The notes under the pieces were generated by a model. It made no database searches. It saw only the letters and a program-made list of their open reading frames with translations, and was not told the origin of the DNA. The position numbers and the translations under genes are program-made. Shown piece by piece: positions 32,441 to 47,584 of a DNA stretch of 64,000 bases. The stretch's first letter is position 1. Each line of letters starts with the position of its first letter. The stretch lies in assembly GCF_009914755.1 (NCBI RefSeq), contig NC_060927.1; one strand, written 5' to 3'. The stretch is from the human T2T-CHM13v2.0 reference genome, Homo sapiens.

Positions 32441-33559
32441 GCAACCTAATTGTTGATTGATCTGCTTAATTTATAGTATATCCATACAGTGGGAAATATG
32501 CAGCCATTAAATAAGTAAACAAATAAAAGAAGAGCGAGATGGCAAAATAAATAACTTCACAAGAGCTAAGGAAACCAGGTAAGAGATCATGAGATCATAG
32601 CACCTAAGGGTAGCACAGAAATAAGAAACCACATTGAAAAGGGTAGGAAGGACAGTTTTACATTACCCAGGTCACCCATGCTTTAACCACAGGCAGCACA
32701 GTGTGGAGAGATACCCTCTGCTTGGGGGAAGAAGATGGAGGTGAATAATGGACATTGCCTTACACCCTAATGCCAGGCCCAACCCAGTAAAATCCAGAAC
32801 CAAGAGGGCCTGCACAATTCCAGACTCCAGACCGGTAACCATGGACTGAGCCTCCAGGCCTACCCTGGCACCATGCCAGATCCCACAGCCCTAGGCTCCA
32901 GACCTGCCTGGTGGACTTGTTCTCCAGGTTTGCTCCATTGCCAGGTTTACCTCAAAGGCCACAGACTCCAGGCTAGCCAAGTGGCACCAGGATACAGATT
33001 TGCTTCCATCCCAGGCCAGCCTCTGCAGACTTAGGCTCTAGGCCAACCCTAGGGCCATGCCAGCCCCCATGGACTTAGGCTCCAGGCCCATCCCGTTGGA
33101 CCTAGGTACCAGACTCATCACAGCAGCTGGCCAGCACCTGCAGACTCAGGCTCAAGGCCTATTCCAGTGACAGGTCTGCCTCTGTGGATCCAGACTCAAG
33201 TCCAATTCCCACAAACAACAAACTCCAAGTCTACCCTCATGCACCTAGGCAGCAGGCTAACCCTCATGGACCCAATCAACAGGTCCACGCCAGTGGATCC
33301 AAGCTCCTGGCTCAACCCTGAAGATTCAGATGCAACGTCTGCCCACCTACTGACCCAGGCATCAAGCCAGCCTGCCCATGAACCCCAAGAGCAAGACCAC
33401 CCACACAGCACACCAGATGGCCTGCCCAGAATCTTTGGAAGGGCTGACTGATAAAAGGCTTTCCCACACAAAGTCAGTCTACAAAGACTGGAATAAATCC
33501 CTACTTCTTCAAAAGCACAGGCACCAACCCACAGCCACAAACATCAAGAATAGTCAGGG

Positions 33560-33868
33560 CAGCCGGATGCTGTGGCTCATGTCTGTAATCCTAGCACTTT
33601 AGAAAGTCAAGGCAAGCATATAACTTGAATTCAGGAGTTCAAGAGCAGCCTGGTCAACATGGCAAAACCCCATCTCTGCAGAAAATACAAAAATTAGCCA
33701 AGCATGGCGGCACACACCTATAGTCCCAGCTACTTCGAGGGCTGAGGTGGCAGGATCACTTGATCACTTGAGGTTAAGGCTGCAATGAGCCAAGATTGTG
33801 CCACTGCACTCTATCCAGCCTGGGTGACAAACAGAGACCCTGTCTCAAAAAAAAAAAAAAAAAAAAAA
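33560..33868 (+). mobile_element. Alu (J-type)
   Basis: TSD-like AGTCAGGG. Confidence 0.92.
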
Positions 33869-34265
33869 GTCAGGGAAACATGACACCTCCAACTGAACAA
33901 AATAAAACACTACTAACCAACTCTAAAGAAAAAAAAGATGTATGAACTGCGTGACAAAGAATACATTATCAATGTTTATAGGAACCTCAACAAACTTCAA
34001 GAAAATACATAGAAATAATTCAAAAAAATTAGGAAAACAATAAATGACCAAAACAAGAAAATTAACAAAAATATTAAAAATCATTTTAAAAGTCAAATTC
34101 TGGAGCTGAAGGATGCAATGAACCAAATTTAAAAATGCAAGTGTCAACAGCAGAATTGATCAAGAAGAAGAAAGTATCTGTGAACTTGAAGACAGGTTAT
34201 TTGAAAATATTATATATAGAAAACCCTAAAGACTATTACTAGATACAATTAGAACTAATAGATGA

Positions 34266-34394
34266 GGCCGGGTGCAGTGGCTCACGCCTGTAATCCCAGC
34301 ACTTTGGGAGGCCGAGGCGGGTGGATCACGAGGTCAGGAGATCAAGACCATCCTGGCTAACACAGTGAAACCCAGTCTGGAAAAAAAAAAAAAA
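34266..34394 (+). mobile_element. Left-arm-only AluY-like element with poly(A)
   Basis: GAGATCAAGACCATCCTGGCTAACAC diagnostic positions; TSD AGAACTAATA. Confidence 0.88.
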
Positions 34395-34456
34395 GAACTA
34401 ATAAACTAATTCAGTAAAGTTGCAGGATACAAAATCAAAACTAAAAAATCAGTTAT

Positions 34457-34764
<308 letters not shown>

Positions 34765-35790
34765 TTATGTTTCTAAACACAGAATAAATCCTCTGAGGAA
34801 AAAAAATCAAGAAAATAATCCCATTTACAATAGCTACAAAAAAAATACGTAGGAATAAATTTAACCAAGGAGGTGAAAAACTTGCATACTGAAAACCACA
34901 AAACACTGATGAAATAAATTAAAGAAAACACGAACAAAGGGAAAGATATCCTGTGTTCATAAATTGGAAGAATTAATATTAAAATGTCCATATTACTCAA
35001 AGCAATCTACATATTCAATGTAATTCCTATCAAAATTCCAATGACAGTTTTCACAGAAATAGAAAAAAAGAAAAACACCTAAAATTCATATGGAACCACA
35101 AAAGATCCTGAATAGAGAAAGCAATCTTGAACAAATAGAACAAAGCTAGAAGCATCATGCTACCTGATTTCAAAATATACCACACAAAGCTATAGTATTC
35201 AAAACAGCATGGTCCCAGCATAAAAACAGACACAGAGAACTATGGAACAGAACAGAGAGCCCAGAAATAAACCTACACCCTTGTGGTCAATTGATTTTCA
35301 ACAAAGGTGCCATGAACACACAATGGGGAAAGAACAGTCTCTTCGATAAATAGGTTGAGGAAAACTGGATATCCACATGCAGAAGAATAAGATTAGACCA
35401 TTTTCTCTACCACATACAAAATCAACTCAAAATAGATTAAAGATTTAAATGTAAAACTTGAAACTATAAAACTACTAGAAGTAAACAGGAGAAAAGCTCC
35501 ATGACATTCTCTGAGCAATGATTTTTTGGATATGACCCCAAAAGCACAATAAACAAAAGCAAAAATAGACAAATGAGATTGCTTCAAACTAAAAAAGAGA
35601 ATGAATAAAGAGACGACCTGTGGAATGGGAAAAATATTTGCAAACCATACATCTGATAAGGGGTTAATATTCAAAATACAAAAGGAACTCAAAGAACTCA
35701 ACTGCCAGAAAACAAATAACCTGATCTGAAGATAGGCAAAGGACCTAGATAGATATTTCTTAAAAGACAACATACAAATGGCCAACAGGT

Positions 35791-35794
<4 letters not shown>

Positions 35795-35838
<44 letters not shown>
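35795..35838. repeat. (TA)n microsatellite
   Basis: About 21 TA units. Confidence 0.95.
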
Positions 35839-35842
<4 letters not shown>

Positions 35843-35924
35843 TCAACATCACTAGTCATCAGGAAAGTGCAAATTAAAATCACAATGAGATTTCACTTCA
35901 TATCAGTTAGAATGGCTATTATCA

Positions 35925-36335
<411 letters not shown>

Positions 36336-36490
36336 AAATTTTAAGAAATTAAAAATAGAACTACTATATGATCTAGCAATTTCACTACTGGGTATGTATC
36401 CAAAGAAAATGAAATCAGTATGTCAAAGAATTATCTTCACTCACATGTTCACTACAGCATTGTTCAGAATAGCGAAGTTATGGAATCTGA

Positions 36491-36884
<394 letters not shown>

Positions 36885-37150
36885 CTATTCACCCTTTAAA
36901 AAGAAGGAAATCCTATCATTTGCAACATGGATGAACCTGGAGGACATTATGGTAAATGAAGTAAGTCAGACACAGAAAGACAAATACCACATGATCTCAT
37001 ATGTAAAATCTAAAAAAGTTGAACTCATAGAAGGAAAGAGTAGAATGGTAGTTACCAGGGACTGCGATGTGACTGGGTGACGGGTGGGGAAGATGCTGGT
37101 CAAAGGATACAAAATTTTGGTTAGATAGGGGGAAGAAGTTCAAGAGTCTA

Positions 37151-37576
<426 letters not shown>

Positions 37577-38779
37577 TTACATAAATTAGCTCGATTTACC
37601 CATTCTGCAATGTATACATATTTCAAAACATGTATATAATTTTTGTCAATTAAAGAAAATAAATAGTTTAAGGAAGCTCTTATATGCTGATATATAATGA
37701 TACACAAAATATGTTACGTCTGAAAAAACACACAAGAAACTAATAACACTTTTCTACGGGAGGAAAAACTGAATGGCTGAGGAACAGAGATGTGGGAGGT
37801 AATTTTTCCCTAAACGCCCTTGTAAGCTTCTAAAATGTGTAATCATGAAAATATAAGATCTATCCAGTTATTCTTTCCCAAAGAATAAAATTAATACACT
37901 AATGAGAAGAATTCTATGAGAAAACGTACACCTTTAATTTAGTTCACCAGATCGGAAGTGAGGACTTTTCAACAATATGTTGGGAATTGGTCCTGATTCA
38001 GGTTTTTGCTTTTGACTGAAACTTGGAAACTAAATAACAGATTTCACATTTCTCTCTTTTGACAAAAGAAAAAGAAGTTAGTAAACAGTTTATGTTCTCT
38101 CTCTTCCAAGACTGTATTTTAGTGATTTACCCAGTAAATAGAAAAATACTTTCAATCCAAAACCTATTTAAAAGGAGAAAAGTTGTGGTTTAGAGTAGAA
38201 CATTTGTGTACAAGCCTTTTCTCTTTTTCCATTTAAGAAGAAAAGATTCCTGTGACATTCACATTCAGACAAGGCTCAGGAAAATTCAGGAATAATCACA
38301 CTACAGTGATTTCTCTTTGGGGAACAAAAGCAATGGGCAAAAAAATAAGAAAAAGAAACTTTCCAGCCTTCACTCCATAAACACACTGCCTGCAAAAGAC
38401 AGGTTCAGCTGCTCAGTAGTCAGACGAGTCTGATTCCCACCGGTCCCCTGAGCCAGGTTGCAGCCAATAGTGATGCTTTATGAGAGGAAAGAAAACTATT
38501 AAAAATTGCAAAACCTCTCCCGCCCTGTTATCGAAATCCAGAAGACCTTAGAGAACACTAGTTTTAAAAATTATAAAATGCAATGAGGCTTATGAAGAAA
38601 GTAAGACAGATAATTGCTTTTCTTTTCTTTAAAATTGCTTCCCAGTCTCCTATTTCTACCAGTTAGGAGCTAAGAGACAGTCGTTTATTTATTCATTTAT
38701 TATTGAAACCCATATATTCTCTTTTTCTTTCTTTGTTTTTATTTTTTCTTTCATTTTATGTATTAAGTTGAAAGCTTCA

Positions 38780-39426
<647 letters not shown>

Positions 39427-40232
39427 TAAAAAATCAGAGGGTCTTCACATAACCCTAACTCCTTATATTAACACATTACTGTTCTATGAAGCAATCTCTT
39501 CTTTAAAAAATAAATTTTCAATACCTCCTATATCACTCAAAGATAAGAAAGAGCTATTTGGCAAAAAGAAATAGGATGTCTGGAGAACTACATTGCATAT
39601 GATTTTATAGCAAATCAACTCACTGAATTTCTGGTCCAGGATTCTGACCTGAAAAACCTGTGTAGATCTTCCAAGTTCCCAGCAGAAATAATTCTGCAGA
39701 AGTTTTATTAGCACTCCATGCAGATCTAAGGTCCAGAAGCCTCTTCAACTTAATTGAAGAGGGAGAGAAGAGGGAAGTGGGAAGCTGAATTCAAATGTTT
39801 GGTTCTTGTGGACTAGCAACAAGGAAGTGAAGACAGATGAAAGAGAAACCTTGAGTGCCTTGGATCAGTTAATCAGTAACTCACTGACGCTGGCACTAAA
39901 CTAGATCCCGCTGACATCCAGTGGCAATTGACCGGGTAAGGCTAGACAAGTTTGTAAGTCTCTTGCTCAGTGCAAAAGAACCAGCCACAGAGAGAAGAGG
40001 CTGCTTGGAGAATAAGCTACAGAAAACAACTAAAGAGCAAAACCCAGAGAGCCCTCCAGGGACCTGTGTGGTGTCTGAGGCAGAGGCTGAATTCCAAGAC
40101 AGAGTCCAGCACCCACTTTTTTTGAAACCCTTAGCATTTTCTTCTAGCCTGGAGTCAGGTACTAGGGAAGAAAGAAGACCCAGAAGAAGGGTGTGCTTTT
40201 TAAGGTGTGGTGCGCTATTAAGAATGCTGGAC

Positions 40233-40815
<583 letters not shown>

Positions 40816-41559
40816 ATACAAAAATAAAAGCATGCTAGACTTAGGTGTCTTAGGTATCCATCGCAACTCAGCCACCAATTGGCTGTGTGAACGATGACAT
40901 TCCTGAGCCCAGTTTCTTTATGCTGAAACCAGCTCAAAAATACTGCAAATCTAAAACCAGCTCAGTACAAGCCAGTTGCAACTTCCCAGTACCACAGCAG
41001 TTTTAGGAGCACCAAAACTCCAGCTTCTGGAATAACTTAAGACATTTTCAGCAACTGTCCAAGGCAATTCTCATCTCCAGTTTGAAAAACATTGCAAAAC
41101 ACTACCCGGTCCATTCTAGCAGTAAATCTATCAATACTACCTCAAGAAAAATAATCGGGCAACATTTAGATAAAACCAACATCTAAATCTTAGGATGTCA
41201 GAAAGCACACATTAAAATCATGAGGAATCCTCTTAGACCCACCACAAGATGGCAACAATCCAGAAGTGGTAAGTGAGCAAGTCGATGTGGAAAAATCTCT
41301 ACAGCACATAACCTAAACACCACTTCCAAAAACATAGCCCACATCGTTTATAAACAAAGTCGTGAATGTTTTCTGGAACCAGACCTGAATTTACAACCTC
41401 CTAAACTCCATGTAGGGAATGCAGTTTCTTTACTCTCCAGACAGCTTATCAGAAACTCTCTACCTGTCTATACTTTGCATAAATGGTGAATTTGAAAATA
41501 AAAGTAACCCAGCGTTTGTCACAAATTTCCCGCCTATTACCACTGCATTCCTGAGTAGT

Positions 41560-41760
41560 AATAGGATGTAACAGAACATGGAGGCAGACAGACGTGGGTT
41601 CAAATTCCAAGTCTGTTCCACGTTCGTCTGTCCCATGTTACATCTTAGGCAAGAAACTAACCTCTCTGAACCTCATCAGTAACATAGGATAAGAATTCCT
41701 GCCTCTCTTGATTATTGTGTATTATAAAAAGACATAAAATAAGTGCCATCACGTTAGGAA
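41560..41760 (+). mobile_element. MIR
   Basis: GGAGGCAGACAGACGTGGGTTCAAATTCC...TTAGGCAAGAAACTAACCTCTCTGAACCTCA. Confidence 0.65.
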
Positions 41761-42001
41761 TACATTAATGTTCACTTCCTCCTTTTCTTCCAGAATCCTT
41801 TAAAATATTTACAGAACAATAAATAACCAGAAAAACTATCCCCCCTTATGGTAAATCCCAATCATGCCAAAATTCCTCAGACCAAAATAGATACCAAATG
41901 AAAAACAGCTTTTTTGTACTTAGACATAGCGTGTGTACCATATGTGTTCTCATGATACACACATGCTTATAAAAAGATATTGTCAGAAGGTAACCACTGT
42001 T

Positions 42002-42297
42002 GGCTAGGTGCGATGACTCAGGCCTGTAATCCCAGCACTTTGGGAGGCCAAGGCAGGCGGATCATCTGAGGTCAGGAGTTCGAGACCAGTCTGGCCAACA
42101 TGGCAAAACCCCATCTCTACTAAAAATACAAAAATTAGCCGGGCATGATGGCGGGCGCCTGTAATCCCAGTTACTCAGGAGGCTGAGGCAGGAGAATCAC
42201 TTGAACCCAGGAGGTAGAGGTTGCAGTGAGCCAAGATCTACTGCACTCTAGCCTGGGTGATAGAGAGAGACTCTGTCTCAAAAAAAAAAAAAAAAAA
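42002..42297 (+). mobile_element. Alu (S-type)
   Basis: TSD AGAAGGTAACCACTGTT. Confidence 0.95.
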
Positions 42298-42337
42298 GAA
42301 GAAGAAGAAGGTAACCACTGTTAATTCTACCCAACAA

Positions 42338-42419
42338 TATTAGGTTAAATCATATGACATTGCTGATGTTTGACCACCTTATATTTACAACTATAGCAGT
42401 TTCATATAGTTGGAAATAG
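42338..42419. mobile_element. MADE2-like mariner MITE
   Basis: ~80-bp imperfect palindrome TATTAGGTTAAATCATATGACATTGC...GCAGTTTCATATAGTTG. Confidence 0.65.
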
Positions 42420-42441
42420 CAAATCTAGGGCAAGGATTCGA

Positions 42442-42585
42442 GGCCAGGAGCAGTGGTTCATAACTGTAATCCCAGCACCTTGAGAGGCCGAGGAGGGAGG
42501 ATCACTTGAGCCCAGGAGTTCAAAACTACCCTGAGCAACATAGTGAGACCTCATGTCTAAAATTAAAAATCGTATTTAAAAAATA
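42442..42585 (+). mobile_element. FLAM
   Basis: Left monomer; TSD GCAAGGATTC. Confidence 0.88.
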
Positions 42586-45091
42586 AAGCAAGGATTCAAT
42601 ATCTGTCTGCCCTCCCTAGATTTCCTGAAAACAACAAGATCATTAGAAATCAGTAACTCTGCGTTGTCATCCCCATTCTGCCATTTATTAGCTGTGTGAC
42701 TTTTAAGAAAATCATTTAGCAACTTTGGGCCCTGGCTTCCAGATTTATACGATACATATGGTAGATTTATCTTTTTCTGCTCTGTAATTTAATGACTATA
42801 ATAAGGCATAGGCACTTAGGTTAGTGCCACCAAAATACATAGCTGGTAAGAACATTTTAAACTTAGCTATCCACGTTATCTTGGTTGTCCCTTCTGCATC
42901 TATCCTGCCCTCTTCCACTACGAAGCACAGAAGACAGAGATCTTGATGATAATAAAATAAAGCTGTGTAAACTTCTTCACAGGCTTCTTAAAATGCACTT
43001 CTAATTTGGCACACCCTACCACAGCAGTACTGGATTTCTCCTTAAACAAAAATGGTCACGGGTGTCAAAGAGATGTGAGTGAGTGTCCACTGAACTGTGT
43101 CTAAATGATTTTCCTTGTGACCAAAGCCAGCCTGGAATAAGCCCCTGCTAGTGAGAAGAGAGAACATGCTTCCCAGGCCGAGGAGGCATTGTTCAAAGTA
43201 ATGAGTTCTGCACCACTTGGTCCACAATTCACAGCTGAGTCTGATTTTCCTAGACAAAGAGCAATAACCAAATGGAGGATGCTCTTCAGCAAGCTTCCCT
43301 GGGTTTATCATTGTTTTTAGACTCATGAGGTGGTGAAGGAAAGATGAGAGTTTCCCTAACCGTCTATGTCCTAGGAATGACAAGAGGAGATGTTTGTCAA
43401 CCCTGGTCAACATTATGCCAGGATTTTGTCATGGCTGTAATGGATTTCAAGAGTTTAAATTCACTAAAAATGTCTAGAAATTATTCCATCTCAAAAGTTA
43501 AATGTTTAAATACTCTATTGTATTCCTTTTATCCTTTTATCATAATTTTATATCCTCTTTTTTTTTTTTTTTTTTTTGTTCAGGGAAAAAATAGTTATGA
43601 TCCTTCAGGCATGCAGACCAACATTCTTAGAAGGAAGCTGCAGAAGGTTCATTATGTCATGAAACACAGAGCCAGAACAAAGGATTACTGAATCACTCAC
43701 CTTATCTTCATCTAAGAAACCTGAGAATTACAAGGTTTCTGTTTCTTCTAAACTCTGTGCTGCACTTGCCAAGACTACAAGTTTTAGAGTAGAGTTTGTA
43801 CTTCAAAAATGTAAGCAAATAGGTGCACATAATGCTTCCTATCCTAGATGTACAGCCTTATCTAAATTACTCAGTTTCAGCATTTGTTTCTGAATCTGCA
43901 AGTCTGAGTGATTAGCACCAAATCAATCGTTCTCCTTAAGAGTACCAAAGGTAGTATCTTCACTCTGAACGTCTGAAGTGGTATTAGAATTATTTCAGGA
44001 CTCACAGCTCTTAGTTCATTCAGAACAGAAATCTGGATTTATTCATCTTGCCTTATATATAATACGTTCTCAATAAACATTTGTTGACTAAGTGAATAAA
44101 TTAAGTAAAAAACATTTCGTTAAGAATTTTCACAGTATTTTACATTATGGCACCCTAACAAGGAGCACTTTTATCATATTCTATGTTTATAATACTAGCC
44201 CTATATCTGAAAGACTGATTTTTAAAATAAATTTAATTGAAGTTGATGATGTGGGAAAATATATCAAACGGAAGCAATAACTTTAAACAGATTTTATTGC
44301 AAATCTGGTGCCACTATAAATCCTCGCTCTGCCCATCAACCTTCCCTCTCTTTGTCTCCTTCCCATTGCCTCTCCCCAGCCTCCCCCAGGTACTCCCAGT
44401 CTCATTATCCCATGATCTGTTAAAACTGCAGTTTACCTCCTGGAACCAGCAGAAACACATGTCACTGAGAATTAGGGAATTGGAGCCAGTTACAAGCCAC
44501 CAAATAGGGTCACAAAGTATCTGAACCTGAAAATTAAGAGTTTTTCTATTTTGCTAAACATGAGAAAAGGGGAAAAACTCAGTTGGACTTATTTTTAAAC
44601 ATTTGAGCTAGATGGATTGCACAATGTTAAGAATTTATGACAAATGAGATGGGAGACAACTTTAACAGCATGTTACTCGCTAATCATTTGAAAAGTGGTA
44701 TGTTTGATTTCATTTGCTGATGGTGGGAGGATATTATCTTAAAACATCTACCACAAATAAACACTTGCTATTCTTGAAAACAAATTGCTTGAAACTGGTA
44801 TGTAGCGAGACAGTACTCACGTATTACTTCATCCAAGGTATTTTATGCCACACTTTATCCCAAGAAGAATAACTCCATTTTAAATTTGTATTAGCATTTA
44901 TGTTAATTCTAACCAATGTTAAATAGCAACTAGGTACCAATCATGCTGCCAAATATTGATGCAGTTTAAGAAAAATAAGCAAGAAGCTACCGCTCCTTCT
45001 ACATACCCCTTAAGATGTGTACTTTTGCCAAATGCTAGGCTGTATGTAAACAAACGGATTTTAAAAGAGGGGATAGGGCTGTCAAGATTCA

Positions 45092-45533
<442 letters not shown>

Positions 45534-45979
45534 CTACCGCCTCTTCTGGGAAATCCTTTGTTTCTTTTCATTGGCATTATACTCTGGTCCCTTTTGCAGA
45601 GCATCTCCTTGTCATAAACATGCCAATAAACAGGACATGGGTGCTGCTGGGTTGTACAAGCTCTGCTCTTCACCTGGGTTAGGAGGCACAGATTTGTTCT
45701 TGTAACGCTCGAGAACAATCACTTCACTGAATTTTCTAACTCCTTACCAGGAAGTAAATGTTTTATTCGTCTCCCCTTTTCGGGACAGAGGGGGATTTCA
45801 ATTGCTGCCCTAATAACTAATCTCTCACCATTTTCTTCTGTCCGTGATCAAAACGGTAACAAGGGAAGGGAAAAGTTGGGTTTTTTTTTTTAATTTAGTT
45901 GGTTATTGCTTTAATGCTGAACTCTCAACGTCAAAATGTGATCACAAATTGATTCGCAGAAGGAAACAAATAGAAAAAG

Positions 45980-47350
45980 CCTCGGGAAGGAGGGGAGAGG
46001 GCGTCGCAGACGCTCAACAGGGAACTGGGTTTAGGGGCTCGCGGGGTGGCGTCTCGGACCCGCAGCTCAGTCGCCAAGGAAACGCCGCGCAGGCGCAGAG
46101 CGTGCCGCCGCGGGGCCGGGGTTTGCCTCCACCACCCCGCGCCGCTCGGGCGCTCTTGGTTCTTCCCAGGAAAGGGCAATGGAGTATATCCTCCTCGCGC
46201 TGAGCACACCTAGTCTCTAAGAGGTCCTGAGCAGGGTCACCGGGCGCAGGAAAAGCTGTGAGACTCCCCAAGTGTAACGGACGCTGCACTCCCCTTGCTG
46301 GGAAACGCGGACCTGCTCTCCTGGCGGCGTCTGGCGGTCAGAGAGAGGGTCCCGGGACCCCGCGTGAGGGTGAAGCATCCTGCAGCGAGGCTGGACCTTC
46401 CACCGGGCGAAACGCCACCCACCACCACCGCAAGGGACCCGAGAGTTACATTATTTCGCGGACACACACACCCACCCTCATCCTTCTGAATTATGGGACC
46501 CTGAAGAGCGGCCGTGGCCAGTTCCCCGCACGGGGCCTTAGGGGATCCCCACGCACAGCACTCACAGTCCTAAACAGGCGTGTGCCGGCTGTGGCTGCCG
46601 AGAAAGGAACTTGGGCCACCTGCTCACTCGCTCATCGGACTGGCGTACCAGTTCTCTTTTTCCTGCACACCCCCTTCTCTCCTGGGCCCCTTCTTCCCCC
46701 GAAAGCACTGACCTCCTCAGCTTTGAGTGTTCAGTAGCTGAAGGACTCCTCGGAGTCCGTGGCACAAGGAGCCACCTCCGAAGTGCTGGGGTGATGAGTT
46801 ATTGGCCCCTGTGACTCCAACTCCAAACCCCTGCCAAGGGCCAGAAAAGCCCCCCTAGAAGAGCACTTCTCCCCACTAGCCAGCAGAAGCCCCAGACGAG
46901 CGGGGAAGAGCAGGGCGCCGCCGCCACAACCTGCTTTCTCATTCAAATCCTCACGCTCACACAGGAGCCCCCCTCCCTCTCGGCCCCGCAGCTTCCGAGG
47001 AAATCAGGAACTGGAGTTGCGGAGAGCGGACTGGAGCGCCTGCTGCCTCCTCTGGCCCGGGCGGGATGGGTGTACGGAACCCTAGGGCTGCACGTGGAAC
47101 CCCAAGGCTGCACCTGGAACCCTTGGCTTACACTCTCCTGCGGGGCTCCCCGCTTGGCAAGGGCCAGAAGCACTGGGAATGAAGTACTTTTACTCCCCCG
47201 CAAGTTTCAAAAGTTTCGAAACCCAGGGTAACCCCTCGGGGCTGTAGCCAGAGGGCCTCGGTGGTGGGGGGTAAAGGAGTTGGAGAAACAAAGTTGGAAG
47301 TGAAGGGCGCAGGGAATGGGAACTGCGTGCAACTTGCACCAAAGTGAAAA
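45980..47350. promoter_or_regulatory. PLCH1: CpG island / PLCH1 promoter region
   Basis: Sharp rise in GC and CpG density in non-Alu sequence (e.g. GCCGCGCAGGCGCAGAGCGTGCCGCCGCGGGGCCGGGG, GGCCCGGGCGGG); scattered CpGs continue to ~47900. Confidence 0.85.
46713..46945 (-). other. PLCH1: Probable PLCH1 non-coding exon 1 (5' end approximate)
   Basis: Donor GGAG|GTCAGT at 46713/46712 inside the CpG island. The ~40.6 kb distance to exon 2 fits my recollection of PLCH1 intron 1. The TSS is not determinable from sequence alone. Confidence 0.55.
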
Positions 47351-47584
47351 GTGTTCTCAAACGTCCGTCTTACCTCCTTTAAAAAAAAAAAATTTCTAAG
47401 AATATAGCATCTGTCGATGCCGCAAATTAAAGAGATCTACTCTGAGTGAATGGGAACTGCGTGCAACTTGCACCAAAGTAAAAAGTGTTCTCAAACGCCC
47501 GTCTTACCTCCTTTAAAAAAAAAAAATTTCTAAGAATATAGCATCTGTCGATGCCGCAAATTAAAGAGATCTACTCTGAGTGAA
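47317..47584. repeat. Direct tandem duplication, 2 x 134 bp (47317-47450, 47451-47584)
   Basis: By eye the copies differ at only 2 positions (AAAGTG/AAAGTA; ACGTCC/ACGCCC), both carry A12, and there is GAA microhomology at the junctions. Confidence 0.95.

Noticed and set aside
32790-33350. Array of imperfect CCAGGCC/CTCCAG repeats superficially like a repeat-spacer array
   Set aside because: It is the degenerate tandem region of an old L1 5'UTR; there are no constant repeats with unique spacers, and the context is eukaryotic.
43042-43413. 123-aa minus-strand ORF in unique intronic DNA
   Set aside because: No recognisable homology or convincing splice signals; the length is compatible with chance.
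45844-47203. Many overlapping ORFs up to 159 aa
   Set aside because: Expected in GC-rich CpG-island DNA with few stop codons; no recognisable domain.
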